Assembly: GCA_964430885.1 (NCBI GenBank)
Contig: CAYSHM010000001.1
Location: 1 to 64,000, forward strand
Reading direction: 5' to 3'
Length of the DNA stretch: 64,000 nt
Source: an uncultured archaeon
GTDB lineage: Archaea > Thermoplasmatota > Penumbrarchaeia > JASLWR01
Shown here: in pieces, positions 38,144-48,149 of the stretch
How the letters are laid out: each line of letters opens with the position of its first letter
Numbering within the stretch: the first letter of the stretch is position 1
Notes under the pieces: generated by a model
The model's input: the letters and a program-made list of their open reading frames with translations, nothing else
Told to the model about the DNA's origin: nothing
The model's database searches: none
Translations under genes and position numbers: made by a program

Positions 38144-39043
38144 TCATTTGGGAACTAGCACCTTCAATTTATTCGGCAACACCTCAATATCGAACCTTTT
38201 GCCATTGAAACACTCACCATCAAGCTGCCCATGAATGATGTCCTTTGATTCTATCAATATCCTTTTAGCCTTTCTATAACTGATCTGGGGAAGATTTACT
38301 TTTATCCCCTTCTTCACCTTTCTCACATGCCAGAAAAACTTCGCTTTTGAGATATCGGTAATGGATACTACAACAAGTTCGGGACTGTTCATCTCGGCCA
38401 TTGGCGCTATTATGAAGTCCCCGCCAAAGGTTGTTCCGTTGGCCACGCTGAGCATGAAAAAGCGGTCGTTTATCTTCTTATTATCTATTTTAACCTTGAG
38501 GGGCAGGCTCTTGTAATGCAATATCGTCTTGAGAAGCGCCCTGTTGTAGGAAACCTTTTTTGGAGGTTTTCCATCCTTTTCCCTCATGCACCACATATTA
38601 GACATGACAGATCCGTCAAAACCGACTCCCATGATGTTTACAAAATATCTATTTCTATTGCATCTGCCTACGCTTATGGTCTTTGTTCTGCCGTTAATTA
38701 TTGTTTTGATACTGTGGTCTAAATTGTTCTTGATACCCAGGGATTTAATAGTGTCATTACCTGAACCAGTGGGAAGAATTCCCAGAGCCGGTTTACTTTC
38801 AGATCTGCAGATTCCGTTGATCACTTCACTTATTGTTCCATCCCCTCCTACTATAATCAATACACTGCTATTCCGGGAAATATTTTCAGCTATTTCCGCT
38901 GCATGGAGAGGTCCTTTTGTTCGGTAAACCTTATGCTGAATATCCTTCTTTTTCAGAGCATCCTCAAGGCTCTTGTGATAATGATTTCTTTTACTTCCTC
39001 CAGCCACGGGATTTATTATTACCGTCCATCTTTCCATAAGCAT
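38144..39043 (-). CDS. Diacylglycerol kinase-family (YegS/BmrU/DgkB-like) lipid kinase
   Basis: IINPVAG, GGDGTISEVING, ILPTGSGND, GVGFD, NG..FGG, QLDGE. Confidence 0.92.
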   Translation of the reverse strand: MLMERWTVIINPVAGGSKRNHYHKSLEDALKKKDIQHKVYRTKGPLHAAEIAENISRNSSVLIIVGGDGTISEVINGICRSESKPALGILPTGSGNDTIKSLGIKNNLDHSIKTIINGRTKTISVGRCNRNRYFVNIMGVGFDGSVMSNMWCMREKDGKPPKKVSYNRALLKTILHYKSLPLKVKIDNKKINDRFFMLSVANGTTFGGDFIIAPMAEMNSPELVVVSITDISKAKFFWHVRKVKKGIKVNLPQISYRKAKRILIESKDIIHGQLDGECFNGKRFDIEVLPNKLKVLVPK

Positions 39044-39085
39044 CTTCTTGGTTAGGATATTTCATTGAAGTATGAACCTGATGTA

Positions 39086-39640
39086 TTATCTTTCTTTACC
39101 CTTTTGCTTTGTGAATGGATACCAGGGTATCGGCCCGTTTTTCAGGTAAAAGAGAAATATTCCTACAGCTACCAATATTATACTGAAATATATTATCGTA
39201 TTTGCACTCTCCGAAATGAATCCGCATTTGAACAGACAAAATCTTTGGTCGGTAATAGGCCAGAAATACATTGTACCCATATCGTAGGGCGCCTCATTAT
39301 ACTGTGCTTTTGGGAATAGATAATGTAGGCTTGATTTACCCAAGTTGAAGACATCCAGGAGCATATGTATTGAAAGCCCCATCAGGACAGGTATGGAAAA
39401 ATTCCGCCCATATAGCTTGTAGAATATCATGATCATGATCAGGGCTATTAATGGCATGACAATAAGGGAATGTGTGAAAGCTCGGTGAAATTCCCTGAAG
39501 GCAGTCACTCCGAACACTCCGAATATGAAATCGATGTCGGGAATAAGTGATGCAATAAGAAGGCCTCTCATCTGGAGCTCATCCAGCTTTGTTTTCCTTC
39601 CTAAAATAAAGGCGTATATGTAATGTGAGAACCAATCCAT
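39086..39640 (-). CDS. YdjM-like membrane metal-dependent hydrolase
   Basis: MDWFSH, SLIPDID, HRAFTHSL, SIHMLLD, FWP. Confidence 0.88.
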   Translation of the reverse strand: MDWFSHYIYAFILGRKTKLDELQMRGLLIASLIPDIDFIFGVFGVTAFREFHRAFTHSLIVMPLIALIMIMIFYKLYGRNFSIPVLMGLSIHMLLDVFNLGKSSLHYLFPKAQYNEAPYDMGTMYFWPITDQRFCLFKCGFISESANTIIYFSIILVAVGIFLFYLKNGPIPWYPFTKQKGKER

Positions 39641-39649
39641 TATTTCACC

Positions 39650-40765
39650 TTATAACTTGTTAACCAATATGTCGCAGCAGTAGTTTAATTCCAGGGGGGA
39701 ATAGGTCCTTACCAGGTGTTTATTGTTCAAGTATATTTCACAATTGCGTTCCTCTGCAGTTTTCCGGCATTGGCGAATATTTTCCCCGAGTTTTTCCTCT
39801 GAGCAGATGAGATATAGGTGTATCATTCCACCGTTTTTTATACATCCTAAAGAATTTTGGAAAAATTCCATTGAGCTGTGTGGAAGGTTCATAATTATTC
39901 TATCATATCTTTCCTGCCAATCCGGTCTTTTAGAGATCATCCCTGCATCCCCCGTATATAGAGCTATGTTATTTATTTTGTTCAGAAATGCGTTTTCGTG
40001 CAGTAGCGACGTAGCCTGTGGATTGATATCCACTGCATCAATTGATTCAGCTCTTGTGTGGTGAGCTATCAAAAGGGAGAACGGTCCTATGCCAGCGAAC
40101 ATATCAAGTATTATTTCATTGTCCTTTACCTGTCTGACTATCCTCCATCTTTCCGTGGCCAATCTCGGGCTGTAATAAACCTCTGAAGGGTCTATCTTCA
40201 TCCTCACTCCGAATTCCTTTGTAATGGTGACCGTTCCTTTATCACCCGCCAGTTGTTCAAGCTCCCTCACCCTTGTTTCTCCCGAGACCTTGATGACCCT
40301 GTGAACTCCATTGATGCTTTTATGCGCCTTTAAAAGTGCTGTTCCAATCTCTTTTTTATAATCCAGAACTTCATCATTGATCTTTACAAGGATCAGATCC
40401 CCTATAGTGTCCCAGGACGAAGGCATGTATTCACGGACTTCCTGGGGGAAATCATAGTGATCTAGATAATTGCTGCTCGCTCTCTCTTTGACAGTGACAT
40501 TTTTACGTTCAAACTCTATTGTTTTGATGGAATCAGCTAAACCATCGGATTTTGCGGCACTTTGGAGAAGTCCCTGCACCTCATCCCTGTTAATATAATG
40601 TTCAACGGGAATGGAAATAAGGCTTCCCTCACTTTGAATAGGTGCGTTCTTAAGCAGTAAACCGTTTTTTAAAAGGGCGGTTTTTACCCATTCGGCCATC
40701 TCTTTATTCACCTTTACAATCAAGGTATCAACAGTATTATTCTTCATCAAATTCAGATTATTCAC
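39650..40765 (-). CDS. trm5: Trm5/Tyw2 (Met10+) family tRNA methyltransferase
   Basis: SWDTIGD, KEFG..YYSPRLATER, LDMFAGIGPFS, DINP, DRIIMNLP. Confidence 0.88.
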   Translation of the reverse strand: MNNLNLMKNNTVDTLIVKVNKEMAEWVKTALLKNGLLLKNAPIQSEGSLISIPVEHYINRDEVQGLLQSAAKSDGLADSIKTIEFERKNVTVKERASSNYLDHYDFPQEVREYMPSSWDTIGDLILVKINDEVLDYKKEIGTALLKAHKSINGVHRVIKVSGETRVRELEQLAGDKGTVTITKEFGVRMKIDPSEVYYSPRLATERWRIVRQVKDNEIILDMFAGIGPFSLLIAHHTRAESIDAVDINPQATSLLHENAFLNKINNIALYTGDAGMISKRPDWQERYDRIIMNLPHSSMEFFQNSLGCIKNGGMIHLYLICSEEKLGENIRQCRKTAEERNCEIYLNNKHLVRTYSPLELNYCCDILVNKL

Positions 40766-40965
40766 CTGTCTTCAGTCATGCTGAATTTATCATTTTATAG
40801 TTTTTCAATTTCAAAATTATGGTACCAATACGGCCCGGTAACACCCACTTTCGGACAATAAATTCTATCTATCAGGAATAATCAATAAAGATATTAATAA
40901 GTCCCCCTGCTTAAGGAATTTTGAAAAATTCAGATAGTCCAAGATGTATAAGGCGGTAAAAATCT

Positions 40966-41658
40966 ATGAAGAAAATGAACGAACCTTACCTAGGCCCGGG
41001 TTTATTGGTATTGATCTCAGGCATTCTGCTTATGGAGGTTCTTTCCAATATTTTCGTTGGAACTGTGGACGTGTTCTCCTATATTTTTTTACCTCTGCCG
41101 CTGCTTGGAGTCTTCATGATATTCAGATATAGGGGAGACATGACCCTGGCCTCTTCCCGTCTAGCCGTTTTATCCATGTTTATAATGGTATTATTCTTTG
41201 TAAGCCACATATTGTTGGCCGGGTTGTACCAGTATCATACAATGAAGGGTCATACAGATTCAATGTCCGCATTGCTGCTTCTGTATTATTCCACTCCGGT
41301 TCTGCTCTTGGTCGGAGGTATCATAGCAGGTTTTTCTTTCAAGGAAAATGCCTGCAGATATGTTCCAATTGTTTTGATTATCATTTTCATGGCTGCAGCA
41401 ATAATCTCCTTGTTAATTCTAAATCCGGGTACTGAGAATATGGTGGAAGATATTGATGAGATCCGATCTGATGATTCCATGACCAAATCAACAAAGGAAA
41501 CATTGATCAACCGCGCTCTTACCGATTACAATAACAGTGATGAGAAATACTTCTCGGGTATTCCCTTTGTTATATCAGGGCTGATATCATCGGCCTATAT
41601 CTTTTGGCAGGGGAGGCCCCACATATCCAGTTTGTTCCGTGGGATGAGGAGAAGGTAG
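40966..41658 (+). CDS. Hypothetical multi-pass membrane protein
   Basis: About 6 hydrophobic segments; AGGCGG upstream. Confidence 0.7.
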   Translation: MKKMNEPYLGPGLLVLISGILLMEVLSNIFVGTVDVFSYIFLPLPLLGVFMIFRYRGDMTLASSRLAVLSMFIMVLFFVSHILLAGLYQYHTMKGHTDSMSALLLLYYSTPVLLLVGGIIAGFSFKENACRYVPIVLIIIFMAAAIISLLILNPGTENMVEDIDEIRSDDSMTKSTKETLINRALTDYNNSDEKYFSGIPFVISGLISSAYIFWQGRPHISSLFRGMRRR

Positions 41659-41820
41659 AATTTAGAAATTATATCAACAATCATCTCATCAAATCTTTCT
41701 GCTCTTAAGTAATATTGATAAGGCTTTTTAAATGGAGTAAAAAGGTTTAAATCCGTTGTAGGAGTATAAAATACGGTTATTTTTTATATTTATTTGATAA
41801 AAATACTTGGTGATGATAAA

Positions 41821-43428
41821 ATGATGAAAGGATCAAAGAAAAAGATGTGTCTGGCCTTCGGCTTGATATTAATTATATCATTGTTCTCCCTGGCACCTAT
41901 GGCCTCAGCCGAGGTACCCGAGCTCAATGAGGGGATGGTGGGGTGCCAATCCTTGGATATTGATTTCACGGATATTGTGGACGAAAAAGAATTGAATGGA
42001 ATGATAGACGATCTGATAAAGGATTACTCGTTATTCTTCAATGGAGGAAGCGTGGATGCGGATGTGGATTTCAACGGCGGCGGTCTGGGATTTTATCTCA
42101 TGAACGAGGTGGTCTCCGCACAGGCAAATGTTAACGGCGCGGATTGTTATCAGACCAGATGGTCAGCCTATTTTGCTTCTGGCTTAGATGTAGGTGCCGA
42201 CGCTTCAGTGGATATTCCCGCTGGTGGAGCAATGGCATCGCCTACCAAGGTGGATGCAGATGCCAAATTGGATTATTATGCAGAATTCGATTTCACCTTT
42301 GACCAGTGGTATACCAAGGATGCTATGGCCTTGGCAAAGATGGAGATGAAGTTCAAACCCAAGTTTGATGGTAATGTTGAAGCCAATGTAAATGCCAATG
42401 TTGATAATGTTAAGATTGATGCAAAGATAAAGGCTTCAGCCAAGACAAGCGGAATTGTTGGTACGGTAACCTTTGATTTTGATGAGCCTTTGGATCTATT
42501 GGATCTTCCTGTGGAAGAGAATGAGGAATGGGAAGCTAACATAAGTTTCACCGTAACAGCTTCCATCGTGGGGACCATAGAGGCAAACTACGATATCAGC
42601 GGTATTCCAGACCTCGAGGACCAGAAGGGTACAGAGACCATTGATCTTGCAGTTGAATCTGGCGGTGAGGTAAGTGAGCAGATTTCCGGTGAGGTACTCC
42701 GTTTCAGGTCCGGCGAGGGAAAACAATTTGAAATTGCTGACGGCACCACAACAACTGTGATACCCGTATACAGCGTTGATCTGGAGGAAGCCATGGAGGA
42801 ACTCTTCGAAGATGACTATTATGACGACTATTATGATTATTATGATACAAGGGCAGAATCCTATGAAGAGAGTAGTTCCTCCGACAATAAAGACGATTAT
42901 TATGAAGAGGAAGTTGAGTATGGATTATTATCTGGATTAGGAGATCCGATGGATTTCCTAGGTGATCTGGATGCCGAAGATTTCAAAATGGAATTCTACT
43001 TTGCCCCGTCTGAAGGTATGTTTGTTGGCTCCAATGTAGGTATGGAAGAAACAGCTTTGAAAAAATTTACACAGCAGGCCGGTATGGGGGATATCCTGAA
43101 TAACGTGGATATGGAAATGAAACCAGCAACCAAGGAAGAGGTCAATACCTTTAAGACCAGCAGGGGAGCGGATTACTATGCAATCTCAGGAACTGACGAT
43201 GAGGGTTCAGAAGGTGTGAACTGGATCCTTGTAATTGCGGGAATATTCCTTGCCATAATTGTTGTTGTGATAATATTGTTTATTTTGGTTAGGAAGAGGG
43301 CGTCTTCCGGTGAACCTGAACAGGATTATCAAAATATGGAGGACGATCCAGCAGGACTTTCCGAGGATGATGGAAGCGGATGGGATGAAGATCGGGACAC
43401 ATTCTCGGATTCGCCCCCTGAGTTATAG
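41821..43428 (+). CDS. Secreted, C-terminally anchored acidic beta-rich protein
   Basis: Signal peptide ..APMASA-EV; Tyr/Asp-rich insert; TM WILVIAGIFLAIIVVVIILFILVRKR; acidic tail. Confidence 0.85.
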   Translation: MMKGSKKKMCLAFGLILIISLFSLAPMASAEVPELNEGMVGCQSLDIDFTDIVDEKELNGMIDDLIKDYSLFFNGGSVDADVDFNGGGLGFYLMNEVVSAQANVNGADCYQTRWSAYFASGLDVGADASVDIPAGGAMASPTKVDADAKLDYYAEFDFTFDQWYTKDAMALAKMEMKFKPKFDGNVEANVNANVDNVKIDAKIKASAKTSGIVGTVTFDFDEPLDLLDLPVEENEEWEANISFTVTASIVGTIEANYDISGIPDLEDQKGTETIDLAVESGGEVSEQISGEVLRFRSGEGKQFEIADGTTTTVIPVYSVDLEEAMEELFEDDYYDDYYDYYDTRAESYEESSSSDNKDDYYEEEVEYGLLSGLGDPMDFLGDLDAEDFKMEFYFAPSEGMFVGSNVGMEETALKKFTQQAGMGDILNNVDMEMKPATKEEVNTFKTSRGADYYAISGTDDEGSEGVNWILVIAGIFLAIIVVVIILFILVRKRASSGEPEQDYQNMEDDPAGLSEDDGSGWDEDRDTFSDSPPEL

Positions 43429-43456
43429 GTTGATATTGATTGGTTTTTAATTATTT

Positions 43457-43483
43457 AAGAGGGGAATTCCCCTCTTTTTTTTT
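43457..43483 (+). terminator. Putative intrinsic terminator / palindrome
   Basis: Perfect 20-bp palindrome AAGAGGGGAATTCCCCTCTT followed by a T-run, 29 bp after the stop at 43428. Confidence 0.6.
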
Positions 43484-43493
43484 ATTAGTTGAA

Positions 43494-44267
43494 ATGGTGG
43501 TTAATCTGAGATTATTATACAAGATCCTGATTGGTGTGGGTTCGGTTTTTGTAATATTCATAGCCTATTATCTAATAGTGGATATATATGTCAACCAAAC
43601 CAAGGACAGCTATCATGGGAACAATCCTCCGAGAGCCTATATAGACGGTCCCCAGCAGGTCTATTACAATCAAATGGTTACCTACAATGCCAATGATTCA
43701 TATGATGACGACGGTGATGAGCTGACCTATACTTGGGAGTTCTATGACGGGACAAATATGACTGGAAAGGTAGTAGAATATACTTTCACAGAGTATTACG
43801 GCAATGTTGAGAATGATACGCATAGAATAACCCTTACCGTGTCAGATGGTGAGAATGAGGATTTTCATGACCTGTTTGTTACAGTAATTCTCCATCCTGA
43901 CTCAAAGGCTCCCAGTGTTGATCTGAGATGTGATTCAACCAGTATTCCCGGATTGCCGAAATTATACATTGTAGAGGTTATTTTTGTCAGCCAGGGCGAT
44001 GCAGATATCAGCCATATTTCCTATAGTCTTCTTTCTGGTACTAACGGGGCGACATTGGCAGGTGGTATGAACTCTACAGTTGGCTCCATTGATAAGGCCC
44101 CAATTGACTCGCCTGTTCGATATGTCAATAATTATGATGCCGATATGGAGATGAATGAATACTTCTCAATAGATTCAGAAGCGTTGAGTGCCAAAGAAGG
44201 TGATGAGTTCTTTCTATATCACATCCCCACCGGAATTAAGATTGGATACTGTCAGTTGATAGGATGA
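43494..44267 (+). CDS. N-terminally anchored PKD-domain protein
   Basis: TM, then NNPPRAYIDGP..SYDDDGDELTYTWEFYDG..ITLTVSDG; ATG at 43494 is more plausible than the TTG at 43440. Confidence 0.85.
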   Translation: MVVNLRLLYKILIGVGSVFVIFIAYYLIVDIYVNQTKDSYHGNNPPRAYIDGPQQVYYNQMVTYNANDSYDDDGDELTYTWEFYDGTNMTGKVVEYTFTEYYGNVENDTHRITLTVSDGENEDFHDLFVTVILHPDSKAPSVDLRCDSTSIPGLPKLYIVEVIFVSQGDADISHISYSLLSGTNGATLAGGMNSTVGSIDKAPIDSPVRYVNNYDADMEMNEYFSIDSEALSAKEGDEFFLYHIPTGIKIGYCQLIG

Positions 44268-44325
44268 ATATATTTGGCGGAATTGTCCCCACCAATCACC
44301 CACACACATTCACTCCCTTACTTAG

Positions 44326-45711
44326 CTATATATTCATTTTAGTATTGTAGAAATCCAGCATTTTTCCGCTGATCTTTGAGCAGGAAAACTCACTTCTAAT
44401 TCTATTGACGGCATTATTACCAATTTTTCTTTTTATATCAGGATTGTCCAGTAGAAATATTATCTTTTCTTTGAACTCATCGACATTACGTTTCATGGAT
44501 TCTATTCTGTTCAATGATTTTTTAATTCTTTTTTCGTTATTGAAATTCCTATCGATTTCCCGTTCTACGGGATTTTCAACTAGAAGTCCTGATTTTTCAT
44601 TCTCTATGTAATGCCTTATCTCACCCACACTATCAGCTACCACAGCTTGACCCAAATACATGAGATCCACGAGTTTAGCCGAGCACTTTGCCATTGTAAT
44701 ATTGTTTTTATCCATTGGCACCATTGAAATACTGGACCGCTTAAATACCTCTTCCATTTTGAAAGGAGATATCCTACCTGTGAAATGAAAACAGTCTTTC
44801 CCCAGATGCTTCTTCAAACGTTTTTCCAATGTTTTCTCTTCACCGTTGCCTCCGGCCCCCACGATCAGGAAACTTGTTTTTTGCCGTTCTTTTTGGATTT
44901 CTTTTATTATTCTTTCGGCTCTATCAATATCATGATCCCTGAATCTTGTAAATAAAGAGACAGTATCATCCTTTTCAAATTTTTTTAAGATCCCCTTGTG
45001 ATTTTTTCTTTCTTTATTTTCATTCTCTTCATCATCAATTTTTATTATACCTTTCATATCTGAAATAACTTTATCGGGAACCCAGTTCTCTTTTTTGAAT
45101 ATGGGATTGGCGCAATTGGGTATATGGGCGATATTATCCTTTTGGATGCCGGCTGATTGAAAATGATAATTCAGGAAACTACTTGCTACACTGACTCCTT
45201 TGACCATCCGCGGTATCAGCCTCTCTTGCATTTGAAATACCAATTTCCATGAGAGTGGATAATCCATAATGTCATTCATACCGCCAAAACCCTCCAGGTC
45301 ATCAGCATCCAAAAATAATCCCTTTGAATGTTTTTTATCCCTACCGTTTAATTTTTCACTGATGCTTTCGGCTATTGAGCATATTCCACCGTATCCTTTT
45401 GGTTTGAAAAGATGGATCACATCAGGGGTTGTGGAATCGATCTCCCGTTTAAGATTGAGACAGTCTTTTAAGTAATTCATGGGTCCGTTTTTATTACCTA
45501 AGGTGCTCATGGGAATACTGCGTAAATTGATACACCCTTTGTAAATTTCCCAATGTGAATCGATAGTTTCATTCTGAGGCATTAATATTTCAACAGAATG
45601 ATTTCTCCGGGCGATGCCCAAACCCAGTGGGAGTATTCGTGATATTACAGTACCTTTTGGGTATATCGAGAAAGGGGCTACCATAGTGATTTTCATATGA
45701 TAGGTCTCCAA
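44326..45711 (-). CDS. Glycosyltransferase family 4
   Basis: PDVIHLFKP, DADDLEG, HFTGR, SAKLVDLMYLGQAVVADSVGEI..YIE..KSGLLV. Confidence 0.9.
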   Translation of the reverse strand: METYHMKITMVAPFSIYPKGTVISRILPLGLGIARRNHSVEILMPQNETIDSHWEIYKGCINLRSIPMSTLGNKNGPMNYLKDCLNLKREIDSTTPDVIHLFKPKGYGGICSIAESISEKLNGRDKKHSKGLFLDADDLEGFGGMNDIMDYPLSWKLVFQMQERLIPRMVKGVSVASSFLNYHFQSAGIQKDNIAHIPNCANPIFKKENWVPDKVISDMKGIIKIDDEENENKERKNHKGILKKFEKDDTVSLFTRFRDHDIDRAERIIKEIQKERQKTSFLIVGAGGNGEEKTLEKRLKKHLGKDCFHFTGRISPFKMEEVFKRSSISMVPMDKNNITMAKCSAKLVDLMYLGQAVVADSVGEIRHYIENEKSGLLVENPVEREIDRNFNNEKRIKKSLNRIESMKRNVDEFKEKIIFLLDNPDIKRKIGNNAVNRIRSEFSCSKISGKMLDFYNTKMNI

Positions 45712-45726
45712 GGAAATTTATTTCAA

Positions 45727-46626
45727 TTAATTTCTATTCCTTAGTATCTCATTAATTTTTTCTTTATCACCTAGACCGAAGTTGTATTTCCTTTGTCTTG
45801 ATAGGTCGAACTCCAGTATTTTTTTCTTAAATTTTGACTCTAAGGGGATACCCAGGGCCGAACAGATCATTTCAATATTTTTTAAAGGCTCTTCTATCAA
45901 TTCTTCCATGTTCATCTCAAGCAATACTTCTTCAGGGATCTGTTCCAGAATATCTTTTATTCCATTCCACGAATCAACATACCAAATGGAGCATTCCCCT
46001 GCATCTCCCGGACACCATACACTGTCCATCATGCTCCCGATTACCTGAGTAGGTTCCCTTATCATGTGCAAAAGTACAGATTCCGGAAATAATTCATTTA
46101 GAATGGAGGCATAGAACATGTTGTAGGTTCCGTCATCAACATATACGGCAGTCTCCCTGTTCAGTCCTCGCTCTTCCACAACATCATTCAGCATCTTGAG
46201 GAAAAATTTTCTTATTGCGATCCTGACTTTTTCAGTTTTGGGGCTGACATAAGGAATACTGCCTTTTTCCGGCATCCAATCCCAGAATCCCTCAAAGCTG
46301 AATGTTTCCAATTCCTTCAGAAATTCATCCACTCTAAAATAGTATTTGGGGAAGGCATCATTTGAAAGGTTCCAGCCCTGGTATCGACCTTCTTTACCTT
46401 TTTCACCAAGATTGTAAAGAAATTTCTTCATCCGCTGGAATCTTATGTGGATCTTTTGAGGCGTCCAGTATTCCTTAACATTTCTGTAGAATTCACAAAG
46501 TCCATCCTCATCGATGAGAAGCCGAATTTCGAAGGGAAATGAGAATGTATCGGGGTGTAAATCCATAAGATACTTTGTTACATTCGTCCCGCATCTGCCG
46601 GTTCCGCCTATGAATAACATTTTCAT
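45727..46626 (-). CDS. PAPS-dependent sulfotransferase (Sulfotransfer_3-like)
   Basis: 5'-PSB loop FIGGTGRCGT; 3'-PB LHMIREP..VIGS; MEELIEEP..IC..LG. Confidence 0.85.
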   Translation of the reverse strand: MKMLFIGGTGRCGTNVTKYLMDLHPDTFSFPFEIRLLIDEDGLCEFYRNVKEYWTPQKIHIRFQRMKKFLYNLGEKGKEGRYQGWNLSNDAFPKYYFRVDEFLKELETFSFEGFWDWMPEKGSIPYVSPKTEKVRIAIRKFFLKMLNDVVEERGLNRETAVYVDDGTYNMFYASILNELFPESVLLHMIREPTQVIGSMMDSVWCPGDAGECSIWYVDSWNGIKDILEQIPEEVLLEMNMEELIEEPLKNIEMICSALGIPLESKFKKKILEFDLSRQRKYNFGLGDKEKINEILRNRN

Positions 46627-46752
46627 GATGTGTCAACCCCATGTTGTTCTGGAAAAGCTATAATGAGATAGGGAATTAATAAGGATGACTGTAGAATTAG
46701 AAGAAATTTTCTTGGTGAGGAGAAATATATATGCAGAATATTATTGAAAAAG

Positions 46753-46827
46753 TGCTCCCGCCGGGATTTGAACCCGGGTAGCTGGCTCGAAAGGCCAGAA
46801 TGATTGGCCGGACTACACCACGGGAGC
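46753..46827 (-). tRNA. tRNA-Glu(TTC), no encoded CCA, no intron
   Basis: Reverse complement GCTCCCGTGGTGTAGTCCGGCCAATCATTCTGGCCTTTCGAGCCAGCTACCCGGGTTCAAATCCCGGCGGGAGCA; acceptor stem GCTCCCG/CGGGAGC, anticodon arm CTGGC-CTTTCGA-GCCAG, T-loop TTCAAAT. Confidence 0.97.
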
Positions 46828-47016
46828 AATTGATATTCAACCTTACTTTTACTGCAGGTTAAATTCTTCCTGCTAATCACCCAGAATAATATTTCTATAT
46901 TTCGGTTGTTTTTTCCTTTATACTGGTTAGATGAATTGTATAGAATGTAGTTTCGAAAATTCCAAGAAGCGTTGGAGGGCTTCCTAAAATAAATTGGATA
47001 AAAAATAATAAATCAC

Positions 47017-48042
47017 TTGACCACGGTTCTATCGAGCATGGAAAGAAAAGCGTGTTGGAGCATGATTATGATACCTTTATTTTTATTCATATTGGTCTTA
47101 TGTTCTATTCCAACCTCAAAGGCCACCCCCATCAGATCAGAGACCCATTTAAATAAGCTTTTCGGGGATGATGCTGATTATGATGACCAGATGTCATTTA
47201 CCATATTATCTGGAGTTTTTATCATTGTAGGAGGAATAATTTCAACCTTCATCAAAAAGGATGTGAGCAAGAGAAATATGAGCGATAAGAAATGGATGGT
47301 TCTCTTAGCCTTAACCGTAATACTGGCACCAGTGATAGATATTTATCTCATTGTAAATTATGAACTCACATCATTCATAAGCGTTTCACTCCTCGGTCTG
47401 ACATATTTTGTTTTCTTTGCGCCATATATCTATTTCAAACGCCGCTCTCTGCTTATTGTCGATCAGGTTCCCGCAGAGTTCATGGTTCGGCTTACGGCGG
47501 CATACAGGGATATTCTTGCTTTCGGAGTTTTTCTTTCAGGGCTTGTTCTAATGATCATGAGCATCTACAATTTTGCCATCAATGAGAAGATAATGGGGAA
47601 GGTCCTGTTTTCTGTATCCATACCGTTGATTATTGCAGGGAGCATTCTTATTTGGCTCTGGTTCTCCATGGATAAGATATCCATATCGACCAGGGAGATC
47701 CAGATATACAGACAGAGAAAAGCAAATATCATTACTTGGGGGAAGGCCAAGAAGATAATTTTTTACCAGCAGTCTGCCCCTCTCTTCACCCTTCATTTAC
47801 CTGGTTATCGAAAGAAAATGGGACCCAAAGGCGCAGAAAGGGTTGTTGAGATAATATCAAAGAATCACATACTCAAGATAAAGGAAAGTGATATTCCAAG
47901 TGAACAGGATTTCAGGCTTCTGTTCTTCATTCTTCTATACCATCGAAAGCGTTCCAATCCGGAATGCAGGGTGGAATTCAAAGGCAGATGGGCTAGGTCG
48001 TGGTATGGAGATTATAGAAAACACATATCCAATTCAAATTGA
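47017..48042 (+). CDS. Hypothetical membrane protein with basic C-terminal soluble domain
   Basis: Signal-like N-terminus, about 5 TMs, soluble C-terminus; start codon uncertain. Confidence 0.7.
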   Translation: MTTVLSSMERKACWSMIMIPLFLFILVLCSIPTSKATPIRSETHLNKLFGDDADYDDQMSFTILSGVFIIVGGIISTFIKKDVSKRNMSDKKWMVLLALTVILAPVIDIYLIVNYELTSFISVSLLGLTYFVFFAPYIYFKRRSLLIVDQVPAEFMVRLTAAYRDILAFGVFLSGLVLMIMSIYNFAINEKIMGKVLFSVSIPLIIAGSILIWLWFSMDKISISTREIQIYRQRKANIITWGKAKKIIFYQQSAPLFTLHLPGYRKKMGPKGAERVVEIISKNHILKIKESDIPSEQDFRLLFFILLYHRKRSNPECRVEFKGRWARSWYGDYRKHISNSN

Positions 48043-48149
48043 ACTGTCGGCCATTTTTCCTCCTGCCCGCTTTAAAATTTTTAAAAAATAAAATATTAAG
48101 TTTTGGTAAAGAAAGAATTATTAACATCTTATAATATCTTTCTCGGTAT

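Noticed and set aside
44326-46827. tRNA-anchored integrated element (GT4 and sulfotransferase downstream of tRNA-Glu)
   Set aside because: No integrase, and I found no duplicated tRNA 3' end (att site).
46623-46880. 85-aa ORF
   Set aside because: It spans the tRNA-Glu gene and is spurious.
48043-48149. Origin immediately upstream of cdc6
   Set aside because: Short AT-rich promoter-like gap with no ORB or G-string motif.
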